Assembly: GCA_023150835.1 (NCBI GenBank)
Contig: JAKLKB010000063.1
Location: 1-54,762, forward strand
Length of the DNA stretch: 54,762 bases
Direction of reading: 5' to 3'
DNA from: Myxococcota bacterium
Lineage (GTDB): Bacteria > Myxococcota_C > UBA6777
The notes beneath the pieces are model-generated. The model was not told the DNA's origin. It did not search any database and worked only from the letters and a program-made list of their open reading frames with translations. The translations under genes were made by a program, and so were the position numbers. Of this stretch, positions 10,238 to 20,055 are shown piece after piece. The stretch's first letter is position 1. Every line of letters begins with the position of its first letter.

Positions 10238-11020
10238 TCACACCTTTTCCGAGCCATGCCCGTCCAAGATCGCACGAATCATCTCTGCATAAGCCTCTTT
10301 GAGGGGGAGTTCGAGATCGCGGTGGATACGGCGTCTTGTGGTGGTGGTCTCTTGTTGGGTGAGGGGGTTGTGGGCGCTTTTCTCGTAGGCCTCCCAAAAA
10401 AAGCCTGCGCCGCGCCGCTGCCACGCGGGAAGATCGTTAAAGTTGAGTCCGCCTTCTTGGAACAACAGCTCGTTCTTTTCGCTCACAGAAAGCCCTTCGA
10501 TCCGCTTGCTGGCTTGACGTGCGTTGAGTCCTTGTTGGTTGCGAAGCATCCAGTAGCAATGGCCGTTGAGCGCGTTGCGATGGGCATCTTCGTGCCTCCA
10601 ACGAAAATAATCGACCACCAATTCGGGCGTCGGAAAGGTACTCAGGCGGCAATCGAAGGACGCGATCGCCCCAAGCTGCAAGGAAAAACAAGCGCTTGCT
10701 TCTCCAGCCAACACAGAATTAAACTTGCGAAACTTTCGCTGAAAGCTGTTCTCGTCGCGGTGCATCAGCAAAGAGATCTCGTCGCTTTGCGTATAAGCGT
10801 AGATCACATGAAACCCGCATCCCATCAGGTGTTCCGTCGTGTGGTGCATCATGTCTCGAAAACGCGGATCGAAGGGGGCCTCAAAATCATGGCGTTCTTT
10901 GGTCAGCTTGGTGAAGCCGCGTCCATCGATCCGCGCAACGATAAAAAGCCCGGGAAGAACACAAAGATCGTGCGCTGTTTCGTAAACGCGCATCTTCGCA
11001 TCAAGATCATCAAACCGCAT
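10238..11020 (-). CDS. Thg1-like protein (tRNA(His) guanylyltransferase family, 3'-5' polymerase)
   Basis: ARIDGRGF, PFD, YTQSDEISL, FDCR, YFRWR..DAHRN and WQRRG motifs. Confidence 0.93.
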   Translation of the reverse strand: MRFDDLDAKMRVYETAHDLCVLPGLFIVARIDGRGFTKLTKERHDFEAPFDPRFRDMMHHTTEHLMGCGFHVIYAYTQSDEISLLMHRDENSFQRKFRKFNSVLAGEASACFSLQLGAIASFDCRLSTFPTPELVVDYFRWRHEDAHRNALNGHCYWMLRNQQGLNARQASKRIEGLSVSEKNELLFQEGGLNFNDLPAWQRRGAGFFWEAYEKSAHNPLTQQETTTTRRRIHRDLELPLKEAYAEMIRAILDGHGSEKV

Positions 11021-11101
11021 CGCCTCGCTCCTTTCGCAAGATCCATCCCGATCCCATACGACCCACGCTGGTGCGGCTGTGCGTGTAGGGCCGTAAAAAA
11101 C

Positions 11102-11128
11102 AAAAAGCCCGCCAAAGACGGGCCTTTT
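11102..11128. terminator. Probable intrinsic terminator (bidirectional hairpin)
   Basis: AAAAAGCCCG-CCAAAGA-CGGGCCTTTT downstream of the OsmC-family gene. Confidence 0.6.
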
Positions 11129-11171
11129 CGCAACAAGGTTCAGAGATCGCGCAGCGACGAGACGAAGAGGC

Positions 11172-11627
11172 TTATGCGATCACGGGTTCGATGATCACTT
11201 CGGACTTGATGGATTGGGCGATAAAGCAAGCACCGTGTGAACGCTCGTGGATGCGAGCGATCTCTTCGGCATCGGGCTGACGTTCGCCTGCAAAGATGGC
11301 TTTGGGATGCAACGTGATGCGTGTGACGGCCATCTTGCCCTCTTGGTTTTTTTCGAGGACACCCACAGCGTGATCTTCGTAGTGTTGGACATGATAGCGT
11401 TTTTTGGACATATACGCCAAAAACGTCAGCATGTGGCAACTCACCAACGCAGCCACCAACAATTGCTCAGGATCAAGAGCGTCAGAGTCTCCAGAAAATC
11501 CCGCAGCAGCGGAGTTTTTCACCGTCAAACCATTTTGAAAAGTCAGCGTGTGCGACCGATTGAATTCTTCGTATTCAAACCCCTCAGTCGCCAATTCCCA
11601 CTTGAGCGCCACTTGATGCTCGGACAT
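11172..11627 (-). CDS. OsmC/Ohr family protein
   Basis: DPEQLLVAALVSCHMLTFL and HGACFIAQS, containing the two conserved Cys. Confidence 0.9.
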   Translation of the reverse strand: MSEHQVALKWELATEGFEYEEFNRSHTLTFQNGLTVKNSAAAGFSGDSDALDPEQLLVAALVSCHMLTFLAYMSKKRYHVQHYEDHAVGVLEKNQEGKMAVTRITLHPKAIFAGERQPDAEEIARIHERSHGACFIAQSIKSEVIIEPVIA

Positions 11628-11712
11628 ACCTTTGTCTCCTGTTTTGTATGACATCACTCCGCCCGATAGGCCGCAAACAACGTCAGGCAGAACCCATCCA
11701 ACCCGCAATCAT

Positions 11713-11824
11713 TACGATATCCGAGTGATCTATGATCGAAGGATAGCGCCCAGACGCCCTGTCCTTGGGCAGCCACACCTGTCTGCCCCTACGTTTTACG
11801 ATCACGCTCCCTGCGGATATCGCA
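11713..11824 (+). repeat. ~112-bp MITE-like element with REP hairpin
   Basis: TACGATATCCG...GGGCAGCCACACCTGTCTGCCCCTAC...CGGATATCGCA. Confidence 0.85.
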
Positions 11825-11896
11825 TCACCACTTGAAGAGATCACATCCCCCCCAAACGATACCGCACAACATAATCCATTCTTTTGCACTTGACAA

Positions 11897-12002
11897 ACGC
11901 GGCCTCGACTTCTTTCGCACAGCAGGAGGCGAGTTCAATTCACCGCGTCACGCTCCCCCTCAGATACGCGGCCCCAACTTCTTTCACGCAGCAGGGGGCT
12001 AG
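11897..12002. repeat. Two 37-bp imperfect direct repeats separated by 32 bp
   Basis: 11897-11933 and 11966-12002 match at 31 of 37 positions. Confidence 0.6.
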
Positions 12003-12070
12003 GCAAAGCAAGCCGACGTGATCACAATGCACCGAGGCCAACGCGCCACTTCCCGCAAAAGCGACAGTCA

Positions 12071-12183
12071 TACGATATCCGCCTGTTGTGTGATCGTATA
12101 AATGTAGGGGCAGACAAGTGTGGCTGCCCGATTACAGGGCGTCTACGCACTCTTTTTTGTTTACACATCACTCGGATATCGTA
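12071..12183 (-). repeat. ~113-bp MITE-like element with REP hairpin, inverted orientation
   Basis: TACGATATCCG...GTAGGGGCAGACAAGTGTGGCTGCCC...CGGATATCGTA. Confidence 0.85.
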
Positions 12184-12271
12184 CAAGAGCAGATATCTTT
12201 CCAGTTCGATCCCTGTTGCTTGACAGGATCGCGAAGCCCTCCAAAAGCACAGCGAGAGAGGAGACCCCCAG

Positions 12272-13120
12272 ATGCCGATGCTACTGATCAAAGGAACCTT
12301 CCACGTGAAGGGGTATTCGCCCGATGGAGACTCGATCAAGTTCAAAGCCCAAGACGGTTCACTCTGGCGAAAACTCGAAGGCGGCTACGTCAAGAAGAAT
12401 TGGTGGGGACACACCCAACTACGCATCGAGGCCATCGATGCGCCCGAGACGCACTTCAAAGACGCCCATCAGCCGCGCAAATGGGCGGATGCTGCGACCG
12501 ACGCGCTCTTGCAGATCATGGGCTTCCGCGATGTCGCATGGGATAGCGGACGCAGCGCCATCAAAAGCGTGGCGCAAGACGGCTTACCCGGCTATATCTT
12601 GAGCCGCGCAACAGACACCTACAAACGACCGATCGCTTTTGTGTTTTCGGGAGAAACGGCCCACGCAGACGGGGCATCGGTCAACCTCGATGTGGCAATG
12701 CTCAAAGAAAGCCTCAACTACAAGATGATGGCCGCAGGCCAAGCCTATCCGATGTTTTATCAAGGCTTCTTTTCCGATCTGCGCGAGGCGATGGTGGCCG
12801 CCCTTAACGAAGCACGCAACAAAGGGACGGGGTTATGGTCTGCGGATCGTTCGAGAGCAGGTGATGATCTGCCCGATCTCAAGAGCATTACAGAAAAGAC
12901 CTTGATCTTTCCAAAGCTGTTTCGTCGGATGGTGACGCACTTTAGCAGCGGAGGCCGCGTGGAAGATCTGCCCAAGTTTCTCGAAGGCTTAAAAGAACCT
13001 GTGTTGATCCTGTCCAAACAACACTTCACGCACTTTGACAACGTGATCGCCGTCGAAGGAAAGCGTGTGAAGATGTTGTATCCGCCCGAAGATCTGGTCT
13101 TTTTGCCCGTGCCGTCCTGA
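12272..13120 (+). CDS. Thermonuclease (SNase-like) family nuclease, no signal peptide
   Basis: PDGDSIKF, LRIEAIDAPETH, DTYKRPIAF, LN..M...G.A and AR..GTGLW motifs; GAGGAG RBS. Confidence 0.8.
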   Translation: MPMLLIKGTFHVKGYSPDGDSIKFKAQDGSLWRKLEGGYVKKNWWGHTQLRIEAIDAPETHFKDAHQPRKWADAATDALLQIMGFRDVAWDSGRSAIKSVAQDGLPGYILSRATDTYKRPIAFVFSGETAHADGASVNLDVAMLKESLNYKMMAAGQAYPMFYQGFFSDLREAMVAALNEARNKGTGLWSADRSRAGDDLPDLKSITEKTLIFPKLFRRMVTHFSSGGRVEDLPKFLEGLKEPVLILSKQHFTHFDNVIAVEGKRVKMLYPPEDLVFLPVPS

Positions 13121-13129
13121 TGTGGAGAT

Positions 13130-14266
13130 GTGTGGATGTCTGGATTTGCGCAACTACGGGCCATCTTGATCAAAGAGCCAAGCAAAGAGCATTGGGAACG
13201 CTTGTTGGGAGTGTTCTTGAACTGGCCGACCTCCGATGAACGCGATGCTGCCGTCATGTACGCACGAGGGCACCTTGGGAGGTGGCCTCCTTGGTTGCGG
13301 TGTTTTTCGTCGATCGCTCCGCATCATCCGGCATGGCCACTGGCGCAATCGGTGACGCTCAAAGAGGCTGAATGTCGCCATTGGCGACGACTCAAAAGCT
13401 ATCCGCAGATCACCCACCTCACGCTCGAAGCTCCGCTTTCTCGCCGCGATATCGAAGGACTCGAAGAGTTGGAGACTTTGCGCGGGCTTTGCTTGAAACG
13501 CTGTGTTTGGCTCGAAGATACGCAGCGGTTGGCGGGACTGACCCACCTCCAAACCTTGTGGTTGCAAGGATGTGATCAAGTCCGTGAAATGAGCGGGATC
13601 ACCTCTTTGCGCAACCTGCGGTCCTTGGATGTCACGGAGGCCCCGCAACTTCTGGACGTTGCTGCACTTGCTGCGTTGCCATTGGAACGTTTGTCTTTGC
13701 GCGGGAACTTGGCCCTCTCGACGATCCGCCCTCTCGAAGCGATCCCCTCGCTTCAAACCTTGGATATCGGATCTTGCGTTCAATTGGAAACACAAGATCT
13801 GGACTTGCTGTCGAAACTTCCGCACCTGCGGTCGCTTTCGCTTTGTGGCCTCCCCGCCCTCAAACGCCTGCCTTTGCTTCCTGCCCTTTCCTCCTTGGAT
13901 ATCAGCTTTTGCGGAGCTATCGAATCGCTCGAAGGTCTCGAACAATCCGCATCTCTGACACAGATCCAAGCCGTCGGTGCGACGCTGTTAAAAGATATCC
14001 GTGCCTTGGCAGGGCATCGATATCTCGAACGGCTCGACTTGAGCCGCTGCCTTGCTCTCAAACATATCGCTGCGCTGGCCTCTTTGCCCGCCCTCTCCGA
14101 CCTGAACCTGCGCATTGGAAAAGGAAAAACCAGCTACGCCGAGCCGTTGCCTCACCTTCAACCCAAGCCTTACGTCGCTTGGATGGAAGTTCGCGGCATG
14201 GTGGAACCCTACCAACAACGCATCGCCCAACATTGGGGATCATGCAGCGAATCGCCTCTCGCCTAA
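13130..14266 (+). CDS. Leucine-rich repeat protein
   Basis: About 10 LxxLxLxxCxxL repeats after a helical N-terminal region. Confidence 0.85.
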   Translation: MWMSGFAQLRAILIKEPSKEHWERLLGVFLNWPTSDERDAAVMYARGHLGRWPPWLRCFSSIAPHHPAWPLAQSVTLKEAECRHWRRLKSYPQITHLTLEAPLSRRDIEGLEELETLRGLCLKRCVWLEDTQRLAGLTHLQTLWLQGCDQVREMSGITSLRNLRSLDVTEAPQLLDVAALAALPLERLSLRGNLALSTIRPLEAIPSLQTLDIGSCVQLETQDLDLLSKLPHLRSLSLCGLPALKRLPLLPALSSLDISFCGAIESLEGLEQSASLTQIQAVGATLLKDIRALAGHRYLERLDLSRCLALKHIAALASLPALSDLNLRIGKGKTSYAEPLPHLQPKPYVAWMEVRGMVEPYQQRIAQHWGSCSESPLA

Positions 14267-14370
14267 CCTTGGGGATGATGCAGCACACCACACAGCCCAA
14301 CATTGGGGGGACGATGCAGCACATCACACAGCCTAGCATCGGGGATGATGCAGTGGCTCACACACAGCCC
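14225..14370. repeat. ~35-bp degenerate tandem repeat (4 copies) across the LRR gene end
   Basis: GCC(C/T)AACATTGGGGATGATGCAG-like units start at 14225, 14261, 14295 and 14331. Confidence 0.7.
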
Positions 14371-14409
14371 CAAACACAGCCCGCGCAGCTCGCGGCGCAT
14401 GGAGGCAGG

Positions 14410-15435
14410 ATGCAACGAAGCTACCACTTGTGGGTTCCGATCTTGTGGGGGGTATTGGCGATCTCCTTCACGTTGGCAATCCTTGTGGGTTGGAGCATTT
14501 TATTTACTTACTACTACACTCTGCACACGCGCATCCATCGGGTTCCTGATCTGGGGGTGGGATATTGGTTTTTGTTGGCGTTGGGATGTTTGTTTTTGGT
14601 GGCGATTATCGTGGCGGTGATCTTTTTGTTGATCGGAAACATCCGAAAAACCTTGGATATCCGCCATCAAAATGTCTTTTTGGATGGAGTCACCCACGAA
14701 TTCAAATCACCTCTTGCAAGCATCCGTTTGTGCCTTGAGACGATGGAGATGCGCAGCCTTTCGCCTGATCTACAAAAGCGCTTTGTGCAGATGATGATGA
14801 AAGATGTGGAGCGATTGAGTACATTCGTCGAGCATATCTTGGGAGCAAGTCGCATCGAACACGGAGCTTGGGGCATGCAAAAAAACCCCGTGATTTTGCA
14901 AGAGATCGTCTCGCGCAGCATCCAAGCCGTTCGCGGTCGCTACGAAAAAAACTTCCCTGAGATCGATCGTGTGGATCGGCTTGGCACTGCACCAACGGTC
15001 CTTTATACCGATCCGCTCGCCCTTGAGACCATCTTGATCAACCTACTTGACAACGCGATCAAATACTCACCCGATCCAGCGCACGTCATCGTTTACCTCG
15101 AAAAGCACGAAAGCTCCGTGTGCATCACCGTGGAAGATCAGGGCATCGGTATTCCCAAACGCTTTTTAAAGCGGATATTTCAGCGTTTTTATCGAATACC
15201 TCGCGAACAAACACCGATGCCTCGTGGAACAGGGCTTGGTTTGTATGTGGTCGCCTCATTGGTTCGGCGTCTAGGCGGCAGCATCCAAGCCCAAAGCAAA
15301 GGTGAAGGCCAAGGCTCTCGCTTTTTGGTGGATCTGCCTTGCCAAACCACCCCCGCTCAGGCCGATATCCACAAGACCGCAACCGAAAAAAACGATGGCA
15401 ACGAGAGCATCGTTGAAAAAAGCAAAGGAGTTTGA
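14410..15435 (+). CDS. Membrane-bound sensor histidine kinase (2 TM)
   Basis: Two TM segments; VTHEFKSPL H-box; NLLDNAIKYS; DQGIGI; GTGLGL. GGAGG lies upstream of the ATG at 14410. Confidence 0.92.
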   Translation: MQRSYHLWVPILWGVLAISFTLAILVGWSILFTYYYTLHTRIHRVPDLGVGYWFLLALGCLFLVAIIVAVIFLLIGNIRKTLDIRHQNVFLDGVTHEFKSPLASIRLCLETMEMRSLSPDLQKRFVQMMMKDVERLSTFVEHILGASRIEHGAWGMQKNPVILQEIVSRSIQAVRGRYEKNFPEIDRVDRLGTAPTVLYTDPLALETILINLLDNAIKYSPDPAHVIVYLEKHESSVCITVEDQGIGIPKRFLKRIFQRFYRIPREQTPMPRGTGLGLYVVASLVRRLGGSIQAQSKGEGQGSRFLVDLPCQTTPAQADIHKTATEKNDGNESIVEKSKGV

Positions 15436-15436
15436 T

Positions 15437-16147
15437 GTGTCTCAAACAAAGATCTTGTTGGTGGAAGATGAGGAACACCTCGCTTTTACGCTCAACTTCA
15501 ACCTACAAGCAGAAGGTTACACCGTCACAACGGTTGGGACACTTCGCGAAGCGCGCCAAGCCCTCGCACAGAACGAACCCCATCTGATCGTCTTGGACGT
15601 CATGTTGCCCGATGGCGAGGGTTATGCGCTTTGCCAAGAACTGCGCAGCGCACAAAAACGCCTTCCGATCTTGCTGTTGACAGCCAAAGGCACCCCCGAA
15701 GATATCGTCAAGGGCCTTGAGTCGGGTGCGGACGACTACGTCACCAAGCCCTTTGTATTAAAAGAACTTTTGGCGCGGCTCAAAGCCCTGTTGCGCCGAC
15801 ATCTGTGGCGCACTCCCGTTCCCAAAACCAGCGAACATATCTACCAGTTTTCCCAACACAGCGTCAACTTCGATACCTACGAAGTCAAAGCTCACGGTCA
15901 GCCTGTCGAACTGACCCCGCTAGAGATCCGATTGTTTCGCTACTTTACCGAACACGAAGATCAAGTCGTCTCCCGTGAAACCTTGCTCGAAGAAGTCTGG
16001 GGGGTTTCAGGGCAGAATTACACACGAACGGTCGATAATTTTTTGATGCGTCTGCGTCGGACTTTTGAGGATGATCCCACCCAACCCAAGCACTTTTTGA
16101 CTGTACGCGGTGCAGGTTATCGCTTCTTGTCATCTCCTCCCTCGTAA
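15437..16147 (+). CDS. OmpR/PhoB-family response regulator
   Basis: ILLVEDE, LDVMLP, LLTA and GADDYVTKPF; winged helix RTVDN...LR...TVRGAGY; AAGGAG RBS with GTG start. Confidence 0.93.
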   Translation: MSQTKILLVEDEEHLAFTLNFNLQAEGYTVTTVGTLREARQALAQNEPHLIVLDVMLPDGEGYALCQELRSAQKRLPILLLTAKGTPEDIVKGLESGADDYVTKPFVLKELLARLKALLRRHLWRTPVPKTSEHIYQFSQHSVNFDTYEVKAHGQPVELTPLEIRLFRYFTEHEDQVVSRETLLEEVWGVSGQNYTRTVDNFLMRLRRTFEDDPTQPKHFLTVRGAGYRFLSSPPS

Positions 16148-16212
16148 AAAAACCGAATAGACGGGGAGATTCAAGCCGACGGCAGAAAGCACGCATCTTA
16201 GGGAGTTTTGCG

Positions 16213-16304
16213 GATCAGGCGAGCGCACGACCACAGATCAGGCGAGCGCACGACCACAGATCAGGCGAGCGCACGACCACAGATCAGGTGAACGCACTAC
16301 CACG
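16213..16304. repeat. 23-bp tandem repeat, 3 perfect copies and 1 degenerate copy
   Basis: GATCAGGCGAGCGCACGACCACA at 16213, 16236 and 16259; the 4th copy at 16282 overlaps the kinase stop codon. Confidence 0.9.
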
Positions 16305-18435
16305 AGAGAGGGAGGCGAGACAGCGTGTTGGTTTGGAAGAGAAGGGTTTTGCATTGGCGTTTGGTGGCGTCGCGTTGTTGAAGAAAACACAGATCTTGTT
16401 TTCCACTACGCACAGAGATCGTTTCGCCCGATGGGCCTAAGCGGATGGAAGCGCCTCGATTCATCCAATACACCCAGACGGAAGGGTCGCTTGTGACGAA
16501 AAGGGTTGCTGTCTGCGATGTTTTCCCGAGCGTTTGCCTGCCACGAGTTTGGGAAGGAGCAGAACGCTCGTTGCGGGGGCGAGAGGGCGGTGTTCTTCCG
16601 CGATCGGTGTGGGGTTGAAGGATCTGGGGTTCGCCGTTGTCTGCGGGGGCTTGGGTTTGTTGAGGAACCAAGAAAGCGAACGCAAGCAGGATCGTCGCCA
16701 AGATCAAAAGCAAGACAAGGATCGTTCCCCACAAGCGCAAGCGGTTGGGTCGCTGAGTCTCATCGGGCTGTGGAGGAGGCGATAGTTGCGGGACGACAGC
16801 GATCTCGTTTACGTTGGCGGGGACAGCGCGCCCGAGAGGTTCAGCAGAGAGCGAGCCATTCGACGAGATGGCTTTGGCCTCGGAGGCTTGACGGGCGGCT
16901 TTTTCTGCTTCTGCAAGCGACTTGGCTTTTTTGTCAGCCTGCTGGATAGCGAGCAACTCCTCGCTCGGTTCGACCACTTGGGTCTTCGAGGAAGCAACAG
17001 GTACTTGGCGCGCAGCAGAATCCGCCGAAGGATGGGGCCAAGCCGCTGCCTCCGAATTCTTCGGATGGGGTTCACTGCTCATTCTCGCATTGTGTTCGCG
17101 TGGTTGGCTGCGTGCTTTGTTGGCGAGCGTCGGTTCAACGTCGTCAAGGATATCCGAAAAAGAGAGATCCCCTGCAAGGGCCGTCGTATCGCCATGTTCG
17201 CTAGGTGGTGCGTAAAGCATCAAGGGCGAAGAACCTTGAACCGTTTGCAGCGCGGCCACCGTGGCTTCTTCGGGAGGCTCATCAGGAAGCAAGCCCCGCA
17301 AGTCAGGGGGAAGTGAAGGCTGCTTGGGTGCGTGATAGGCAGAAGGTGGCGGATGGATGGGCGGTTTCGCAGGGAGGGCTTGGCTTTCTGTGGTGTTGCT
17401 GTTGTCCGCACCGCGTGGGTCGGTATCCAACGAACCTTGCTCGCGTTGTGCGGCAAGATTTTCGACCAAAGCACCGATGTCATCGTCCTGTTCGTCGGTG
17501 GCCTCTTTGTAAAAACCGGCGAGATCTTCTTGATCGATGAATTGGTTGTATTGTCGGAGGATCTTGTCGAGGGCGCGTTGGACTTCGCGTGCATTTTGAA
17601 AGCGTTCGCTGGGATCTTTGGCCAACAACCGAAAGATCAATGCTTCGATCTCGGGGGGAAGCCCACGAACCCATCTTCCGAGCGGTTCGGGCTGTCCTTG
17701 GGAGACAAGCATCATGATGGAAAACACATCATCGCTTTCAAAAGCACGATAACCACAGCATAATTCGTAAAGGATCGAACCCAACGCAAACAGATCAGAG
17801 CGCGCATCCAAGGGGCGTGATAAGACTTGTTCGGGGGACATATACGACGGAGTCCCTTTGATGCGTCCTGCGCTAGTTTCATCGCCGCTGCTTGGGGCAT
17901 TGGTGGCTTTGGCGATGCCAAAGTCGATCACTTTGACGTACCCCGTCCCAGTCAAGAGGATATTGCTCGGTTTGAGATCACGGTGGACAAGATGAAGCGC
18001 GTTGCCGTCTCGATCGATGTGGCTGTGCGCATAATGAAGCCCTTTGCACACTTCCATTACGATGGTGGCCGCAACAGACCACGGGAACGCAGAATGGTTT
18101 TTGCGTTGCCGATGTTGGAGCAGCATCTCCAGATCCAAGCCTTGGATTCGCTCCATCGCGATATACACGAGATCTTGTTCTTCGCCGATATCGTAGATCT
18201 CGACGATGTTGGGGTGTTGCAGCCTTGCAGCAAGGCGTGCCTCGCGCAACAACGCTTGCTGCATATCGATCTCGTTTTCCCCTTCCACACGAACACATTT
18301 GAGCACCACGTCCTTGGAGAAATCCGCCATCCCCATCTGATGGGCTTCCCAGACCTCTGCCTGTCCGCCTTCGCGCAAACGACCCGTCAGTTGGTACTTT
18401 CCGTTGCCGATTGTGATGCCCGGTCTTAGATCCAT
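16297..18435 (-). CDS. Hanks-type Ser/Thr protein kinase with Pro-rich linker, TM helix and small extracytoplasmic domain
   Basis: VVLK, HPNIV, HRDLKPSN, DFG, GTPSYMSPEQ and DLFALG motifs; TM LWGTILVLLLILATILLAFAFLV. Confidence 0.95.
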   Translation of the reverse strand: MDLRPGITIGNGKYQLTGRLREGGQAEVWEAHQMGMADFSKDVVLKCVRVEGENEIDMQQALLREARLAARLQHPNIVEIYDIGEEQDLVYIAMERIQGLDLEMLLQHRQRKNHSAFPWSVAATIVMEVCKGLHYAHSHIDRDGNALHLVHRDLKPSNILLTGTGYVKVIDFGIAKATNAPSSGDETSAGRIKGTPSYMSPEQVLSRPLDARSDLFALGSILYELCCGYRAFESDDVFSIMMLVSQGQPEPLGRWVRGLPPEIEALIFRLLAKDPSERFQNAREVQRALDKILRQYNQFIDQEDLAGFYKEATDEQDDDIGALVENLAAQREQGSLDTDPRGADNSNTTESQALPAKPPIHPPPSAYHAPKQPSLPPDLRGLLPDEPPEEATVAALQTVQGSSPLMLYAPPSEHGDTTALAGDLSFSDILDDVEPTLANKARSQPREHNARMSSEPHPKNSEAAAWPHPSADSAARQVPVASSKTQVVEPSEELLAIQQADKKAKSLAEAEKAARQASEAKAISSNGSLSAEPLGRAVPANVNEIAVVPQLSPPPQPDETQRPNRLRLWGTILVLLLILATILLAFAFLVPQQTQAPADNGEPQILQPHTDRGRTPPSRPRNERSAPSQTRGRQTLGKTSQTATLFVTSDPSVWVYWMNRGASIRLGPSGETISVRSGKQDLCFLQQRDATKRQCKTLLFQTNTLSRLPLSW

Positions 18436-18878
18436 CCCGGCTCTCCGTTGCCCGTGTGCATATCCAAGTTTTTGTTTCCCTTTATCAAACTACCCTTGCG
18501 CGCAGTGCATCGCATCCTAGCAGATCCAAGATCACTTGGCTACAATCTCGACGCGCTCCTCATCTCTTGCGCCTTTCGCACCTGCCGTCTTCCGCACACA
18601 GCGGCTTGCTCCAAAGAGCTTTTCGGGTCTCGCTTAGAATAATACCTCTCCTCCGCTGAAATCGAAAAAGATGTTGAGTCTTTGCAAAAAAATCCGTACC
18701 CTATCCCAAGACTCCCTTTGTGGCCGCTTTTGACACAACGCGGCCCATTCGCGCTGTCCGCCCCCGCAGATCGAGGCACCAACGATTTCACGATCTCGAT
18801 CTTTTGTTTTCTCCCGAACGGCACATCTTTGATCTCGCATCTCTGGGGCGACCTCTCTTGCTGTTGAAGGCTTTTTCG

Positions 18879-20039
18879 ATGAAGCAACTCATTGAGCTTA
18901 TCCACGAATATCAAAACCTTAGCCGCAAGCGCAAGCGCTCAAACCAGCCGCTCAGCGAACCAGAACAAGCACGCCTCGATGAACTCCGCCTGTATCTCGA
19001 TCAACATCTGCGCAACGAACACAACGCACACAACGCACACAACGCACACAACGCACACAGCGCACACAGCGCACACAACGCACACAACGCACAACGCCAC
19101 CGCCAAAGCCGACCGCGCATTCAGCCCATCAACCTCGAAGAAACTTACCGCGACCTTGATGCGCTCTCTCTCCAAGCCCCCCAAACAGAGAGATCCGCGC
19201 CTTCCACACAATCACCAGTCTATCATGCCCCATCTTCCGCGCCTTCCACACAATCACCTGCTTACTGCCCCCCATCTTCCGCGCCTTCCACACAATCACC
19301 TGCTTACTGCCCCCCATCTTCCGCACCCTCCACACAATCACCCGCTTACCGCCCCCCATCTTCCGCACCTTCCGCTCAATCAACCACCTATCAGGCTCCA
19401 TCTTCCGCACCTTCTCTTCCAACAAGGCCCGAAGATGCGCCCTACATTCCCTCGGGGCCTTCGCTTCCCGCCGCATCTCTCGAAGTCCTCGACCTTCAGC
19501 GCCTGCGTGAACAAATCGAACACCCCAAACGCACCCATACCGAACAACCCCAACCCGCGTTCCATCCCCCAAGCCATACCAGTATCCACTCGCTCCGCCA
19601 TCTCTCCAACCAAGGCCCTTCTTCGATCGATCAACTCCCCGAAGCCTCTGCACTCAAAACATCTCGCTCTCAACCTCACCCCTCTCAACCCCCCGTCCCT
19701 CCGTCAAATACATCGTCCCAAGACCGCTGGCACTTTCTTCCACGCCCCGCCACCCACGCCGAGGCAGAGGCATTACCTGTTCGCGTTCATTCCCCTTCCA
19801 CCGCCGGTATCGTAGAGCACGACCTTACTCACCTTGGCCTCGAACTCAACCTCCCCGAAGAAGAGACCTCTCACCCCCATTCGTCTCCCTTTGGAACCGC
19901 CGCACCTTCCGCGCTTTCTCTTCCCTTGTTGATCGAACTTCGACGTCTCGAACACAAGCGCCGTCGAAGCCCCCTCGCCGCTCACGAAGAAACCCGCTTT
20001 CGCGAGATCATGGATCAAGTGTTTCTCGCCATCGATTGA
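18879..20039 (+). CDS. Hypothetical protein: two similar helical end modules joined by a His/Pro/Ser repeat linker
   Basis: N-terminal LIELIHEY..LSRKRKRS.QPLSEPEQARLDEL resembles C-terminal LLIELRRLEHKRRRSPLAAHEETRFREI; internal NAH and SSAPSTQSPAYxPP repeats. Confidence 0.6.
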   Translation: MKQLIELIHEYQNLSRKRKRSNQPLSEPEQARLDELRLYLDQHLRNEHNAHNAHNAHNAHSAHSAHNAHNAQRHRQSRPRIQPINLEETYRDLDALSLQAPQTERSAPSTQSPVYHAPSSAPSTQSPAYCPPSSAPSTQSPAYCPPSSAPSTQSPAYRPPSSAPSAQSTTYQAPSSAPSLPTRPEDAPYIPSGPSLPAASLEVLDLQRLREQIEHPKRTHTEQPQPAFHPPSHTSIHSLRHLSNQGPSSIDQLPEASALKTSRSQPHPSQPPVPPSNTSSQDRWHFLPRPATHAEAEALPVRVHSPSTAGIVEHDLTHLGLELNLPEEETSHPHSSPFGTAAPSALSLPLLIELRRLEHKRRRSPLAAHEETRFREIMDQVFLAID

Positions 20040-20055
20040 TGTGATCTCTGAGTGA

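Noticed and set aside
14225-14370. ~35-bp periodic repeats as CRISPR
   Set aside because: The variable parts are only about 10 nt and resemble each other; no cas genes are present.
13774-14409. Long N-terminal extension of the histidine kinase in the ORF track
   Set aside because: It overlaps the LRR gene and tandem repeats; an RBS supports the start at 14410.
16213-16304. 23-bp repeats as a CRISPR array
   Set aside because: The units are directly adjacent with no unique spacers, so this is a simple tandem repeat.
18892-19815. Alternative-frame 307-aa Thr/His/Pro-rich ORF
   Set aside because: It stays open only because of the C-rich repeats; the 18879 frame has structured, mutually similar ends.
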